A DNA stretch of 64,000 nucleotides from an uncultured Verrucomicrobiaceae bacterium (GTDB lineage Bacteria > Pseudomonadota > Gammaproteobacteria > Pseudomonadales > CAMLJR01). The stretch covers positions 2,344 through 66,343 of the forward strand of contig CAZWBA010000003.1 of NCBI GenBank assembly GCA_964631955.1. Reading direction: 5' to 3'. Shown here one piece after another: positions 31,652 through 41,949 of the stretch (the stretch's first letter is position 1; the number at the start of each line of letters is the position of its first letter). A model generated the notes under the pieces. That model had not been told where the DNA came from. It did no database searches and saw only the letters and a program-made list of their open reading frames with translations. The position numbers were made by a program, and so were the translations under genes.

Positions 31652-33085
31652 TTATTCCTCGTCGTCGCCCTCATCGTCGTCGCCCATGCCGAGCTCCTTG
31701 ATCTTGCGCGTGAGCGTATTGCGACCCCAGCCGAGCAGCACAGCGGCATCGCGACGGCGGCCGCTCGTATGCTTGAGCGCGGTTTCGATCATGATGCGTT
31801 CGAATGTGGGGACGGCGACATCGAGTAAATTGCGGTGACCGAGTCCCAGTTCCTGATCGGCCCAGCGGCGCAAACCTTCCTGCCATTCGCCGCCTGCAGC
31901 CGCAGCGACTTCGTGACTCTGATTGAGTAATTCCGGCGGCAGATCGCTGACATGCACTTCGCGGCCCGATGCCATCACCGTAATCCAGCGGCAGGTATTT
32001 TCGAGCTGGCGCACATTACCGGGCCAATCGAGCTTCGTCAGAAAAACTTCAGCTTCGGATGTCAATGTTTTCGATTCGACGCTGAGCTCTTCTGCCGCTT
32101 TTTTGAAGAAATAACTCATCAGCTTTGGAATATCTTCGCGACGATCCGATAATTTCGGAATGTGAATGCGAATGACATTGAGGCGATGAAATAAATCTTC
32201 GCGGAATTTGTGATCCTGTACGAGCTTTTCGAGATTCTGGTGTGTCGCCGCGATGATGCGCACATCGACTTTCACCGGCGTGTGGCCGCCGACGCGATAG
32301 AACTCACCATCGGCCAGCACGCGCAATAAACGCGTTTGCGTTTCCGCCGGCATATCGCCGATTTCATCGAGAAACAAACTGCCGCCGTCGGCCTGCTCGA
32401 AACGGCCCTGACGTTGCTGCGCCGCGCCGGTGAACGCGCCTTTTTCGTGACCGAATAATTCCGATTCCATCAAATCGCGCGGAATCGCGGCCATGTTCAA
32501 CGCGATAAACGGTTTGCTCGAACGCGGGCTGTGACGGTGCAATGCGCGCGCAACGAGTTCTTTACCCGTGCCCGATTCGCCGTTAATTAAAACCGTGATA
32601 TTCGAATGCGAGAGCCGTCCGATCGCACGAAAGACTTCCTGCATCGCGGGAGCCTCGCCGATGATTTCCGGCGTCGCCTGCGGCTGTTCAGGCTCGGGAT
32701 GCACGCGGCGTTCGCGCGCATGCGACAGTGCGCGCTTGGTCACCGCGACCGCTTCGTCGATATCAAAGGGCTTTGGCAGATATTCGAACGCGCCGCCCTG
32801 GTACGAAGCCACTGCACTGTCGAGATCGGAATGCGCAGTGGTGATGATCACCGGCATGCCGGGAAAATCCTTGCCGAGCTTGCCGAGCAATTCGAGACCA
32901 TCGATGCCAGGCATGCGAATATCGCTGATCACCGCATCGGGCTGCGCATTGGCAAGTTCATGACTGATCGATTCGGCACTGTCGAATACTTCGGTGCGAA
33001 TACCCGCCTGATTCAGCGCTTTTTCCAGTACCCAGCGAATTGAGCGATCGTCATCCACAATCCATACGGTATTCGCTTTACTCAT
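31652..33085 (-). CDS. glnG: Nitrogen regulation response regulator NtrC (sigma54 activator)
   Basis: Receiver domain ([14 protein letters not shown]...D), AAA+ domain with GESGTGKE and GAFTGA, and a C-terminal Fis-type [15 protein letters not shown]. Confidence 0.95.
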   Translation of the reverse strand: MSKANTVWIVDDDRSIRWVLEKALNQAGIRTEVFDSAESISHELANAQPDAVISDIRMPGIDGLELLGKLGKDFPGMPVIITTAHSDLDSAVASYQGGAFEYLPKPFDIDEAVAVTKRALSHARERRVHPEPEQPQATPEIIGEAPAMQEVFRAIGRLSHSNITVLINGESGTGKELVARALHRHSPRSSKPFIALNMAAIPRDLMESELFGHEKGAFTGAAQQRQGRFEQADGGSLFLDEIGDMPAETQTRLLRVLADGEFYRVGGHTPVKVDVRIIAATHQNLEKLVQDHKFREDLFHRLNVIRIHIPKLSDRREDIPKLMSYFFKKAAEELSVESKTLTSEAEVFLTKLDWPGNVRQLENTCRWITVMASGREVHVSDLPPELLNQSHEVAAAAGGEWQEGLRRWADQELGLGHRNLLDVAVPTFERIMIETALKHTSGRRRDAAVLLGWGRNTLTRKIKELGMGDDDEGDDEE

Positions 33086-33156
33086 TCCTCATTAACTCCA
33101 ATTCGATAAAACTCCAGTTCGGCAATCGGTGCGCTCAGACATCGAAAATTTTTCCA

Positions 33157-34230
33157 TCAGGTGTCCAGCGGAATATACAGCGAAAACGTCGTATTGCCCG
33201 GCTGACTGTGACACTCGATCAAACCGTTATGGCGGTTGATGATCGATTGCGAAATCGATAAGCCGAGTCCCGTGCCATCCGAACGACCGCTGACCATCGG
33301 CAAAAATATCGCTTCCTGCAAATCGGGCGGCACGCCGGGACCGTTATCGACAATATCGATTTTTATGATGAGCCGGTGCCGTTGCGTGCCGATCGTAAAT
33401 TGTCGCAGCGAACGCGTGCGCAATAAAATCGTGGGGCGCGGCGGTTTTTTTTGCATGCCGTTAATCGCTTCGACCGCGTTGCGCACCACGTTCAACACCG
33501 CCTGAATGAGCTGCTCCTTATCGCCGAGCAACTCGGGAATGCTCGGATCGTAATCGCGCACGAATGAAATAAGACCTTTCGTTTCCGCTTCCAGCAAATG
33601 CCGCACGCGTTCGATGACTTCGTGAATATTCATCGGCTTTTTGTCCGGCACTTTGTGTGGGCCGAGCATTTGATCGACGAGATTACGCAGCCGGTCGGCT
33701 TCTTCGATGATGATATTGGTGTAGTCCCTGAGCGCGTTATCGGGTAATTCGCGCGCTAACAGTTGCGCTGCGCCGCGCAATCCACCAAGCGGGTTTTTGA
33801 TTTCATGCGCGAGTCCGCGCACGAGTGCTCGCGTATTTTGTTGCGAGCTCAGCAATCCTTCTTCGCGGCTGATTCGCAACATGCGGTCGAGCGGCTGAAT
33901 TTCGAGCACGAGCGCGAAGGCGGAATCGTCCTGCAATACGGGACTGACCGCATAATCGACGGTGATGCTTTGACCACCCGGCAACTCCAGCAGCGTTTCG
34001 CGCTTGGTGTAGGCGCTGCCGGTGCGAATTGCTTCGCGCAATCCTGCCGCAACATCACCCTGCTCGATCAGCAGACTGGTGATGGGCTCGCCGAGAATCC
34101 GGCTTTTGGAAACCTCCAGCAAGGCTTCGGCGGCAGAGTTGATATACCCCACTTTGAGATCGGTCTCGACCAGCAGGATGGCCGTTCTTAAATTGTCGAG
34201 AATACGGGTATGGAGCGTTTCGGGAGCCAT
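33157..34230 (-). CDS. glnL: Nitrogen regulation sensor histidine kinase NtrB
   Basis: PAS-like N-terminus, H-box GLAHEIKNPLGG, and N/G boxes (VRNAVEA, DNGPGVP, GTGLGLS). Confidence 0.95.
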   Translation of the reverse strand: MAPETLHTRILDNLRTAILLVETDLKVGYINSAAEALLEVSKSRILGEPITSLLIEQGDVAAGLREAIRTGSAYTKRETLLELPGGQSITVDYAVSPVLQDDSAFALVLEIQPLDRMLRISREEGLLSSQQNTRALVRGLAHEIKNPLGGLRGAAQLLARELPDNALRDYTNIIIEEADRLRNLVDQMLGPHKVPDKKPMNIHEVIERVRHLLEAETKGLISFVRDYDPSIPELLGDKEQLIQAVLNVVRNAVEAINGMQKKPPRPTILLRTRSLRQFTIGTQRHRLIIKIDIVDNGPGVPPDLQEAIFLPMVSGRSDGTGLGLSISQSIINRHNGLIECHSQPGNTTFSLYIPLDT

Positions 34231-34470
34231 TGTCTGCTACTGAGATAAATGAAGGGGCATCACTGCCGGATGGGCGGTGCAATTTCCAAACCAGCTTGAA
34301 CGCTTGTGGCCTGCGCGGCAGAACGTGCCTCAAACCCGCGCCACAGCCTGACAAAACATCGAAAAACCAATCGATTTAGTGCGCGGATGCGCTTATGCGG
34401 GAGCAGATGCGCACCAATAAGGGTGTCGGAGGAATTTCACCGCGCACTACAATAGCGCAAGCGCTTCGAG

Positions 34471-34959
34471 CTATTCTCCACCCACCTGTTTTAGCCTTTC
34501 GCGAGCCGCATCGACCTCGCGCTGTAACTCCTGCAGACGCTGCAGGCGCTGCTGCGAGGGACCAACACCGCCCCCTGCCCGCCCGATAAAATCACCCGGC
34601 TGAGCTGCACTGCCCGCCTTGAACCTGGCCTCGGCTTCCTCCAGCGCAGCCCGGGCGCTGGCGATGTCGTCCACGTCCGCCCCTGACGATCCGCCATCAT
34701 GTTGTTGCGTCTGCAGCGGAGGCAGATTCAAGGGCGGTTGCGCCGGCATCACGTTCTGGTTGGGGTCAATGGTCAGCTCCTCGGTCGACTGGACCTTACC
34801 GGCCTTGTTTTTCGCAGGCGGGTTTTCCGAGTAGCTGACATTGCCTTTTTCATCGACGGATTTATAAACGGTCTGGGCCATCGACCCGTCAGCGACCAGT
34901 AGCGCTGCCGCCATCACCCAACTGCTCCACCCCCAACGACGCGACGTACGAATCATCAT
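34471..34959 (-). CDS. DUF4124 domain-containing periplasmic protein
   Basis: A signal peptide followed by VYKSVDEKGNVSYSENPP. Lies between glnA and ntrB, as in many gammaproteobacteria. Confidence 0.7.
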   Translation of the reverse strand: MMIRTSRRWGWSSWVMAAALLVADGSMAQTVYKSVDEKGNVSYSENPPAKNKAGKVQSTEELTIDPNQNVMPAQPPLNLPPLQTQQHDGGSSGADVDDIASARAALEEAEARFKAGSAAQPGDFIGRAGGGVGPSQQRLQRLQELQREVDAARERLKQVGGE

Positions 34960-35083
34960 TCACTCCAATGACAGACAGATAGCCAGATGCCGGCATTATG
35001 GGCTGTTTGAAGGCAAAAAAAAGCCCGCCACAGGGGCGGGCTCGTCGAGCCGTGCGGCAATCTGCGTAATCAGCAGAAGCCGC

Positions 35084-35137
35084 GTTTAGCCGAAGTAGTA
35101 CGTTTAGCAGGAGTAGTACGTTTAGCAGGAATAGTAC
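35084..35137. repeat. 18-bp x3 tandem repeat covering the glnA stop codon
   Basis: Units GTTTAGCCGAAGTAGTAC / GTTTAGCAGGAGTAGTAC / GTTTAGCAGGAATAGTAC, read directly. The last unit encodes the glnA C-terminus ...YYSC plus stop. Confidence 0.9.
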
Positions 35138-36528
35138 ATCGCGAACTCGACCGGGTGAGTGGTCATGTTCAGGCGCTCGACCTGCTGCCTCTTGATCTCG
35201 ATGTACGCATCGATCATATCGTTGGTGAACACGCCACCCGCGGTGAGAAAGCCACGATCGGCGTCGAGCGCTGCCAGCGACATTTCCAGCGTGTGCGATA
35301 CGGTCGGAATCGCTGCCGCCTCTTCCGGCTCCAGATCGTACAGATCTTTGTCGGCTGCATCGCCGGGGTGGATCTTGTTCTGGATACCGTCGATACCCGC
35401 CATCAACAAGGCGGCAAAGCAGAGATACGGGTTCGCCGAAGGATCCGGGAAGCGAGTTTCGATACGACGCGCTTTCGGGTTGGTCACGTACGGAATGCGG
35501 ATCGACGCCGAACGGTTGCGCGCCGAGTAAGCCAGCATGACCGGCGCTTCGAAGCCAGGAACCAGACGCTTGTACGAGTTGGTGCCCGGGTTACAGAACG
35601 CGTTCAGGGCGCGAGCGTGCTTGATGATGCCGCCGATGTAGAACAGCGCGGTTTCAGACAAGCCAGCGTACGCATCGCCTGCGAACAGGTTGACGCCGCC
35701 TTTCGAGATCGACTGGTGAACGTGCATACCCGAACCATTGTCGCCAACGAGCGGCTTCGGCATGAAGGTCGCGGTTTTGCCGTAAGCGTGCGCAACGTTG
35801 TGAATCGCGTATTTGAGGATTTGCACTTCGTCGGCTTTTTTCACCAGCGTATTCGGACCCACGCCGATTTCGCACTGACCTGCAGTCGCGACTTCGTGGT
35901 GGTGAACCTCGATATCGAGACCCATCGCTTCAGCGGCATCGCACATGGCAGCGCGGATGTCGTGCAGCGAATCGACTGGCGGAACCGGGAAATAACCGCC
36001 TTTGATGCCTGGACGGTGGCCGGTGTTGCCTTCCTCGAACTCCTTGTTCGACGACCAGGCGGCTTCCGACGAGTTGATCGAATAGCCAACGCCGGAGATA
36101 TCGGCATGCCATTTAACATCGTCGAAAATGAAGAATTCGGGCTCCGGACCGAACAGGGCGCTGTCGGCGATACCGGTGGATTTCAGATAGGCTTCGGCGC
36201 GCTGGCCCACCGAGCGGGGGTCGCGCTCATAACCCTGACCGGTCGCAGGCTCTACAACGGTGCAGCGCAAAACCACAGTCGGGTCGTCGAAGAAGGGGTC
36301 CATAAAGGAGGAGTCATCATCCGGCATGAGGATCATGTCGGACTCGTTGATGCCTTTCCAGCCCGCGATGGAGGAGCCGTCGAACATCTTGCCGTTGGTG
36401 AAGGTGCTAACGTCTACGGTTTTAGCCGGGTACGTAACATGCTGCTCTTTGCCGTGAGAATCGGTGAAACGAAAGTCGACCCACTTCGCTTCATTATCTT
36501 TAATAAGCTGCAGAGTTTTCTCTGACAT
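35122..36528 (-). CDS. glnA: Glutamine synthetase type I
   Basis: 468 aa with the conserved GSGMH, NPYL and adenylylation-region segments. Followed by ntrBC. Confidence 0.97.
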   Translation of the reverse strand: MSEKTLQLIKDNEAKWVDFRFTDSHGKEQHVTYPAKTVDVSTFTNGKMFDGSSIAGWKGINESDMILMPDDDSSFMDPFFDDPTVVLRCTVVEPATGQGYERDPRSVGQRAEAYLKSTGIADSALFGPEPEFFIFDDVKWHADISGVGYSINSSEAAWSSNKEFEEGNTGHRPGIKGGYFPVPPVDSLHDIRAAMCDAAEAMGLDIEVHHHEVATAGQCEIGVGPNTLVKKADEVQILKYAIHNVAHAYGKTATFMPKPLVGDNGSGMHVHQSISKGGVNLFAGDAYAGLSETALFYIGGIIKHARALNAFCNPGTNSYKRLVPGFEAPVMLAYSARNRSASIRIPYVTNPKARRIETRFPDPSANPYLCFAALLMAGIDGIQNKIHPGDAADKDLYDLEPEEAAAIPTVSHTLEMSLAALDADRGFLTAGGVFTNDMIDAYIEIKRQQVERLNMTTHPVEFAMYYSC

Positions 36529-36657
36529 TTCTGGATTTCCTCCATCAGGATTTTAAGTTACGTAAGGGCTTCGGCCGCCGTGTCGTCAGGGCGAGCGATT
36601 ATAAGGCCAAATCGGGAATTTACTCACTGCTATTCAATCAGGAGCTGGGCCACTCAA

Positions 36658-36673
36658 CGCAAACTCCATGCCA
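36658..36673 (-). promoter_or_regulatory. Sigma54 (-24/-12) promoter of glnA
   Basis: The minus strand reads TGGCAT-GGAGT-TTGCG, against the consensus TGGCAC-N5-TTGCA. It lies about 130 nt upstream of the glnA ATG. TGCACC-type NtrC half-sites lie further upstream at about 36711-36775. Confidence 0.65.
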
Positions 36674-36852
36674 CGGAATCCGGACCGATAAATGATTGAA
36701 TCAGAGCCGTTTTGCACGCTGGCACGCCATCCACCAGCGCCTTTTTGCACCACGATGGACGCGGTCGCACCAAAATAGATCACCCGCAAACTGCCACATC
36801 AAATATGCCCGCGGAGTATAATCGCCGCCCTTCGCGAAACAGTGGGCGAGCC

Positions 36853-38301
36853 GTGCAGTTTCTTATCAAATTCTTTCCCGAAATCACGATCAAAAGCCGC
36901 ATCGTGCGCAAGCAGCTGGCCAAGCAGCTGCGCGACAACCTGCGTGCGCTGCTCAAGCCGATCGATCCGGATATCGAAATCATCCGGGACTGGGATCAGC
37001 TGACCATCGTCACGGCGAGCAATGAGCGCGCGCAGATGATCGACGTCTTGAGCCAGACACCCGGTATCGCCTATTTTCTCGATGTGCAGGAATACCCGCT
37101 CGTCGACCTCGACGACATCTATGCGAAAACCGCCGCGCTCTGGCTCGACCGCCTGAGCGGAAAAACATTTGCCGTACGCTGCAAGCGCACCGGCAATCAC
37201 ACCTTTTCCTCGCTCGATGTCGAACGCCAGATCGGCGGGCTGCTCAATCAAAACGGGCGGGCGCGCGGCGTTGAATTACGCAACCCTGATGAAACGGTGC
37301 GCATCGATGTGCGCGACGATCGCTTATATATCGTCAACGAACGCTTCGAAGGCATCGGCGGTTATCCACTGGGTTCGCAGGATTCGGTGGTATCGCTCAT
37401 CTCGGGCGGTTTCGATTCTACCGTTGCGAGCTTTTTTACGATGCGCCGGGGCATGCGCACGCATTTTTGTTTTTTCAATCTCGGCGGTCGTCAGCACGAA
37501 CTCGGCGTAAAGGAAGTCGCCTATTACCTATGGTCGAAATACGGCGCATCGTCGCGCGTGAAATTCATCGCCGTGCCATTCGATGAAGTCGTCGCGCAGA
37601 TTTTGAAAAATATCGACGATTCGCAAATGGGCGTCATTCTGAAACGCATGATGCTGCGGGCGGCAACGCGCGTCGCGGAAACACTCGATGCGCACGCACT
37701 CGTCACCGGCGAAGCAGTTGCGCAGGTGTCGAGCCAGACATTACTCAATCTCAGTGTCATCGATCGCGCCACCGACATGCTCGTGCTGCGCCCGCTCATC
37801 ACCATGAGCAAAGGCGAAATCATCGATAAGGCCAAGGCAATCGGCACAGCGGATTACGCCGCGCAAATGCCTGAATATTGCGGCGTCATCTCGGTGAAAC
37901 CGACGACACGCGCGAAACTGTTTCGCATCGAGCACGAGGAAACCAGGTTCGATTTCGATGTGCTCGAACGCGCACTCGCCAATGCGCAATATCTCAATAT
38001 CGACGAAGTTGCGAACGCAGAAATCGAAAAGATCGACGTTGAAGTTTTGAGTGCGCCTGTTTTCGATTCGGCTATTATCGATATCCGCCACCCGAACGAA
38101 GCAGAACGCAAACCGCTCAGCGCGGGCAATGTTCGCATCGAAAAAATCCCCTTCTACGAACTGCAGACGAAATTCGCCGCGCTCGACAAGGAAAAAACTT
38201 ATTTGCTCTATTGCGACAAGGGTGTGATGAGCAGGCTGCACGCAGCACATTTAATGGAGCAGGGTTACCGCAACGTAAAAATTTATCGCCCCGCATCATG
38301 A
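36853..38301 (+). CDS. thiI: tRNA 4-thiouridine synthase ThiI (with C-terminal rhodanese domain)
   Basis: GTG at 36853 gives (M)QFLIKFFPEITIKSRIVRKQ, collinear with E. coli ThiI. PP-loop SGGFDS. C-terminal rhodanese segment YLLYCDKGVMS. The track ORF opens at 36712. Confidence 0.9.
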   Translation: MQFLIKFFPEITIKSRIVRKQLAKQLRDNLRALLKPIDPDIEIIRDWDQLTIVTASNERAQMIDVLSQTPGIAYFLDVQEYPLVDLDDIYAKTAALWLDRLSGKTFAVRCKRTGNHTFSSLDVERQIGGLLNQNGRARGVELRNPDETVRIDVRDDRLYIVNERFEGIGGYPLGSQDSVVSLISGGFDSTVASFFTMRRGMRTHFCFFNLGGRQHELGVKEVAYYLWSKYGASSRVKFIAVPFDEVVAQILKNIDDSQMGVILKRMMLRAATRVAETLDAHALVTGEAVAQVSSQTLLNLSVIDRATDMLVLRPLITMSKGEIIDKAKAIGTADYAAQMPEYCGVISVKPTTRAKLFRIEHEETRFDFDVLERALANAQYLNIDEVANAEIEKIDVEVLSAPVFDSAIIDIRHPNEAERKPLSAGNVRIEKIPFYELQTKFAALDKEKTYLLYCDKGVMSRLHAAHLMEQGYRNVKIYRPAS

Positions 38302-38765
38302 ACCTAGACGTCGTCCTGTTCGAGCCTGAAATTCCGCCGAATACCGGCAACGTCATTCGCCTGTGCGCGAACACGGGCACAAAACTGCACTTGATCGAAC
38401 CGCTCGGTTTTGAACTCGACGACAAGAAATTGCGGCGTGCGGGACTCGATTATCGCGAGTGGGCCGATGTACAAATTCACAAAAGCTTGAATGCGTATAC
38501 AGAGGTTCGCAAACCCGGACGTCTATTTGCTTTCAGCACCAAAGGCACACGGCATTTTGGCGAAGCCCGATATCTGCCGGGGGATGCATTATTGTTTGGA
38601 CCCGAAAGTCGGGGGCTGCCTCGCGAAATCCTGCAATCGCTTCCTGCCGAAAACGTATTGCGTTTACCGATGCGCGCTGAAAGCCGCAGTTTGAATTTAT
38701 CGAATACCGTGGCCATCGCCGTATTCGAAGTCTGGCGGCAATGGGAATATATAGAGGGGCGATAA
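38298..38765 (+). CDS. trmL: tRNA (cytidine/uridine-2'-O)-methyltransferase TrmL (SpoU family)
   Basis: MNLDVVLFEPEIPPNTGNVIRLCANTG... and the C-terminal SLNLSNTVAIAVFE knot motif. The ATG overlaps the thiI stop (ATGA). Confidence 0.9.
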   Translation: MNLDVVLFEPEIPPNTGNVIRLCANTGTKLHLIEPLGFELDDKKLRRAGLDYREWADVQIHKSLNAYTEVRKPGRLFAFSTKGTRHFGEARYLPGDALLFGPESRGLPREILQSLPAENVLRLPMRAESRSLNLSNTVAIAVFEVWRQWEYIEGR

Positions 38766-38792
38766 CGTAGGGGCAGACCTGTGAGTCTGCCC
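38766..38792 (+). repeat. REP-like palindromic element (copy D, inverted relative to copy C)
   Basis: The plus strand reads CGTAGGGGCAGACCTGTGAGTCTGCCC, directly after the trmL stop. Confidence 0.55.
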
Positions 38793-38835
38793 TTGTTTTG
38801 CCTGTTTAAAATCATTTATCTGTTTTAAATAAAAA

Positions 38836-38863
38836 GGGCGGACACACAGGCCCGCCCCTACGG
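38836..38863 (-). repeat. REP-like palindromic element (copy C)
   Basis: The minus strand reads CCGTAGGGGCGGGCCTGTGTGTCCGCCC. Forms a head-out inverted pair with copy D, 43 bp away. Confidence 0.6.
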
Positions 38864-38875
38864 CATAGATATAAA

Positions 38876-39340
38876 TTAATGCTGGGGAGCTGCAGCCTCC
38901 TGCTGCTGTTGCGATTGCAGATACACTGCTTCGAAATTCACCGGTTGCAGCGCTAACGGAGGGAAGCTGCCGCGCGATGCCAGCGAATCGATCGCTTCGC
39001 GTGCGTAGGGGAAAAGGATATTCGGACACACGATCATCAATACGCGACGCAATTGTTCGCCTTCGAGCCCTTTGATATGGAAGACACCGGCCTGATGAAC
39101 TTCGATCAGGAACGCAGTTTCTTCACCCAGCTTCGCAGTGATCGTAATGGTTAGGACCACCTCGAAATTATCGCCTTCAATGCGCTCGGCATTGGTATTC
39201 AAATCAACCTGTACTTGCGGCTGCCACTGTTTGGTAAATGCTTTCGCACCCAGCGGAGCTTCGAATGAAAGATCTTTCATGTAAATCCGCTGCAATGCGA
39301 ATTGCTGTTCCTGGCCCGCTGCTGGTTGGTTGTCGCTCAT
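38876..39340 (-). CDS. secB: Protein-export chaperone SecB
   Basis: FALQRIYMKDLSFEAP... is collinear with SecB. grxC and a rhodanese gene lie upstream, as in Pseudomonas-type synteny. Confidence 0.95.
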   Translation of the reverse strand: MSDNQPAAGQEQQFALQRIYMKDLSFEAPLGAKAFTKQWQPQVQVDLNTNAERIEGDNFEVVLTITITAKLGEETAFLIEVHQAGVFHIKGLEGEQLRRVLMIVCPNILFPYAREAIDSLASRGSFPPLALQPVNFEAVYLQSQQQQEAAAPQH

Positions 39341-39458
39341 CGAGAAATTCCTCTGGTCATTATGAAATAGCTGCTTTTATGTAAGGCTAACACTGTAAAA
39401 AAAAACGTTCGTATCAAAACCGCCACTCACTGCTTTTGCTCATCGTACAAACAGTTCA

Positions 39459-39722
39459 TTACGGTTTCAGCGAATTTAACAAGCCGTCGAGCTGCCCCGC
39501 ACGCTCCAGCGCATGCAGATCGTCGCAGCCACCGACGTGCTGCTCGCCAATCCAGATTTGCGGCACAGTGTAGCGACCGCTGCGCTGCTCCATCTCCGCG
39601 CGCAGTGCGGAATTGCCGTCGACGGCAATTTCGTTGTATGCCACGCCCTTGCGATCGAGCAAGCGTTTGGCTGCAATGCAGTAGGGACACGTGCGCGTTG
39701 TGTAAATCGTTACGCCGTTCAT
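39459..39722 (-). CDS. grxC: Glutaredoxin 3
   Basis: 87 aa with the CPYC active site (VTIYTTRTCPYCIAAKRLL). Confidence 0.95.
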   Translation of the reverse strand: MNGVTIYTTRTCPYCIAAKRLLDRKGVAYNEIAVDGNSALRAEMEQRSGRYTVPQIWIGEQHVGGCDDLHALERAGQLDGLLNSLKP

Positions 39723-39732
39723 TTAAAACATA

Positions 39733-40143
39733 CTAGGCCTTGATCAATGGCAATTGCGCTCCCTGCCATTCGCTGATGCCGCCGCTCAAGCGATATACCT
39801 GCCTGAATCCCTGCTGCTGCAATTGCTTGCCTGCCGCCGAGGCATACTGTCCCAGCTTGCATACGAGAATCACGGGGCGCTCTCGCAGATTTTCGAGTTC
39901 GCCGATACGCTCGTTCAATTTGGCATAGGGAATATTGATCGCATCGACGATATGACCCTTGCGAAAATCCGCCTGATCACGCAGATCGATAACCGCCGCC
40001 TGCTGCTGGTTCACGAGATTGGTCAGTTGTTGCGGCGTCACCGTTGCGCCGGCGCGGCGCGACTCGTGAAATATCAGCAGAATTACTGTAACTGCAAGTG
40101 CACCGACCAGCGGCCATTGCTGCAATACAAATTCGAGAAACAT
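39733..40143 (-). CDS. Rhodanese-like domain protein with N-terminal TM helix
   Basis: ATG at 40143 (MFLEFVLQQWPLVGALAVTV...). Rhodanese core with the active-site loop VCKLGQYAS. The track ORF extends to 40191. Confidence 0.8.
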   Translation of the reverse strand: MFLEFVLQQWPLVGALAVTVILLIFHESRRAGATVTPQQLTNLVNQQQAAVIDLRDQADFRKGHIVDAINIPYAKLNERIGELENLRERPVILVCKLGQYASAAGKQLQQQGFRQVYRLSGGISEWQGAQLPLIKA

Positions 40144-40354
40144 CGGAATACGACCGGTACCTAGTGAGTTCATCATTCGGAGAGCTCGCAATGTGCGAGT
40201 GAGAGCACATGCCCCCCGCGGGGCGGTAAGTATACACGCCGGTTCGCGCTTTCATCGATAGTCGTGGACACATTGATCTCACCGTGCGCGGCGTGGTTAT
40301 TCGTTGAGCGCCAAGCTACAATCCAACCTCTCGCTGCTGTGTAGTTGAAACGCC

Positions 40355-41911
40355 ATGGAATCCCGCAAAAAACCGCATGTGCTGATCATTCTCGATGGCT
40401 GGGGCTATCGCGCCGAACCCGAAGACAACGCCATTCATCACGCCAACACACCCACCTGGGACAAGCTCTGGATCGAATGCCCCGCCACGCTGATTTCGGG
40501 ATCGGGACTCGACGTCGGCCTGCCTGAGGGCCAGTTCGGCAACTCGGAAGTGGGACATATGGCGCTCGGCTCGGGGCGCGTCGATTTTCAAAGCATCACA
40601 CGCATCGATCAGGAAATCGCCTCGGGTGCATTCTTTAAAAATCCGGTTTACATCGCAGCGATCGACAAGGCGATTGCCAGCAATGGCGCCGTGCATGTAC
40701 TCGGCTTGCTCTCGACAGGCGGCGTGCACAGCCACGAACAGCATATCCACGCCATGGTCGAGCTCGCGGCGCAGCGCGGCGCCAGACGCGTGTATGTGCA
40801 TGCGTTTCTCGATGGTCGCGATACACCGCCGCGCAGCGCGGAAAATTCGCTGCGAGCACTCGCGCAGAAATTCGAGCAATTGCACTGCGGCCGCATCGCT
40901 TCGATCATCGGTCGCTACTACGCGATGGACCGCGACAATCGCTGGGACCGCGTGCAGCAGGCTTACGATCTGCTCACACAAATGCGCGCCGATTATCGCG
41001 CCGATAATGCCGTCGATGCGCTGCGCGCTGCCTACGAGCGCAACGAAAACGATGAGTTCGTCAAAGCCACGGTGATACAAAACAAAGACGAAGCCAATGC
41101 CGCCATCAACGATGGTGATGCCGTGATCTTCATGAATTTCCGCGCCGATCGCGCGCGCGAAATCACACGCGCCTTCACTGAAAGGAATTTCGATGGCTTC
41201 GTGCGCGAAAAAATGCCACGGCTCGCCGACTTTGTGATGACGACCGAATACGCCGCCGACATCACCGCAAGCTGCGCCTATGCACCGCAATCGATGAAAA
41301 ATTCGCTCGGCGAATATTTATCGAACCTGCACAAAACGCAATTGCGTATCGCTGAAACTGAAAAATATGCGCACGTGACATTTTTCTTCAGCGGCGGTCG
41401 CGAAGAATTATATGCCGGCGAAGATCGCATTCTGGTGCCATCTCCGAAAGTGGCGACTTATGATCTGCAGCCGGAAATGAGCGCGCCTGAAGTCACCGAC
41501 AAGCTGGTCGAAGCCATCAAAAGTGGCAAATACGATTTAATCGTCTGTAATTACGCCAACGGTGACATGGTCGGACACACCGGCGTTTTCAGCGCCGCCG
41601 TGAAAGCGGTCGAAGCAGTGGACGCCTGCCTGCGCCGGGTGGTCGTTGCCGTGCGCGAAGTGGGTGGCGAAGCACTTATCACCGCCGATCACGGCAACTG
41701 CGAACAGATGCAGGATTACGCAAGCAATCAGCCGCACACCCAGCACACCACCGATCTGGTGCCACTCATCTATATTGGTGACCGTAAACTGAAGTTACAG
41801 GAAGGCAATGGCAAGCTGGCGGATATCGCACCGACTCTGCTGGCGCTTATGCACATTGCACAACCGGCGGAAATGACTGGCAACAATTTAATAACTGGCG
41901 AATTTAATTAA
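40355..41911 (+). CDS. gpmI: 2,3-bisphosphoglycerate-independent phosphoglycerate mutase
   Basis: 518 aa. ILDGWG near the N-terminus, NSEVGH, and the ADHGN metal-site motif. Confidence 0.95.
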   Translation: MESRKKPHVLIILDGWGYRAEPEDNAIHHANTPTWDKLWIECPATLISGSGLDVGLPEGQFGNSEVGHMALGSGRVDFQSITRIDQEIASGAFFKNPVYIAAIDKAIASNGAVHVLGLLSTGGVHSHEQHIHAMVELAAQRGARRVYVHAFLDGRDTPPRSAENSLRALAQKFEQLHCGRIASIIGRYYAMDRDNRWDRVQQAYDLLTQMRADYRADNAVDALRAAYERNENDEFVKATVIQNKDEANAAINDGDAVIFMNFRADRAREITRAFTERNFDGFVREKMPRLADFVMTTEYAADITASCAYAPQSMKNSLGEYLSNLHKTQLRIAETEKYAHVTFFFSGGREELYAGEDRILVPSPKVATYDLQPEMSAPEVTDKLVEAIKSGKYDLIVCNYANGDMVGHTGVFSAAVKAVEAVDACLRRVVVAVREVGGEALITADHGNCEQMQDYASNQPHTQHTTDLVPLIYIGDRKLKLQEGNGKLADIAPTLLALMHIAQPAEMTGNNLITGEFN

Positions 41912-41949
41912 AAAGCCGTATCGAATCATTCGCGCGAAAGGATTTATTC

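Noticed and set aside
35155-36525. 456-aa plus-strand ORF covering almost all of glnA
   Set aside because: Antisense shadow ORF of a high-confidence conserved gene in GC-rich DNA. Arg/Val/His-rich nonsense-like composition and no recognisable motif.
36711-36775. Individual NtrC enhancer sites upstream of the glnA sigma54 promoter
   Set aside because: Several TGCACC/GCACCA half-sites are visible, but none forms a convincing 17-bp TGCACCA-N3-TGGTGCA dyad by eye. Reported only as supporting context, not as discrete features.
40316-41290. 324-aa minus-strand ORF opposite gpmI (similarly 43193-44188 opposite ctpA, 5359-6531 and 7447-8310 opposite the P450 and di-haem genes, 19526-20419 opposite the CoA-transferase, and 13643-14380 opposite the sulfotransferase)
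   Set aside because: All fully overlap genes with clear family motifs on the other strand. This is a typical GC-rich antisense open-frame artefact.
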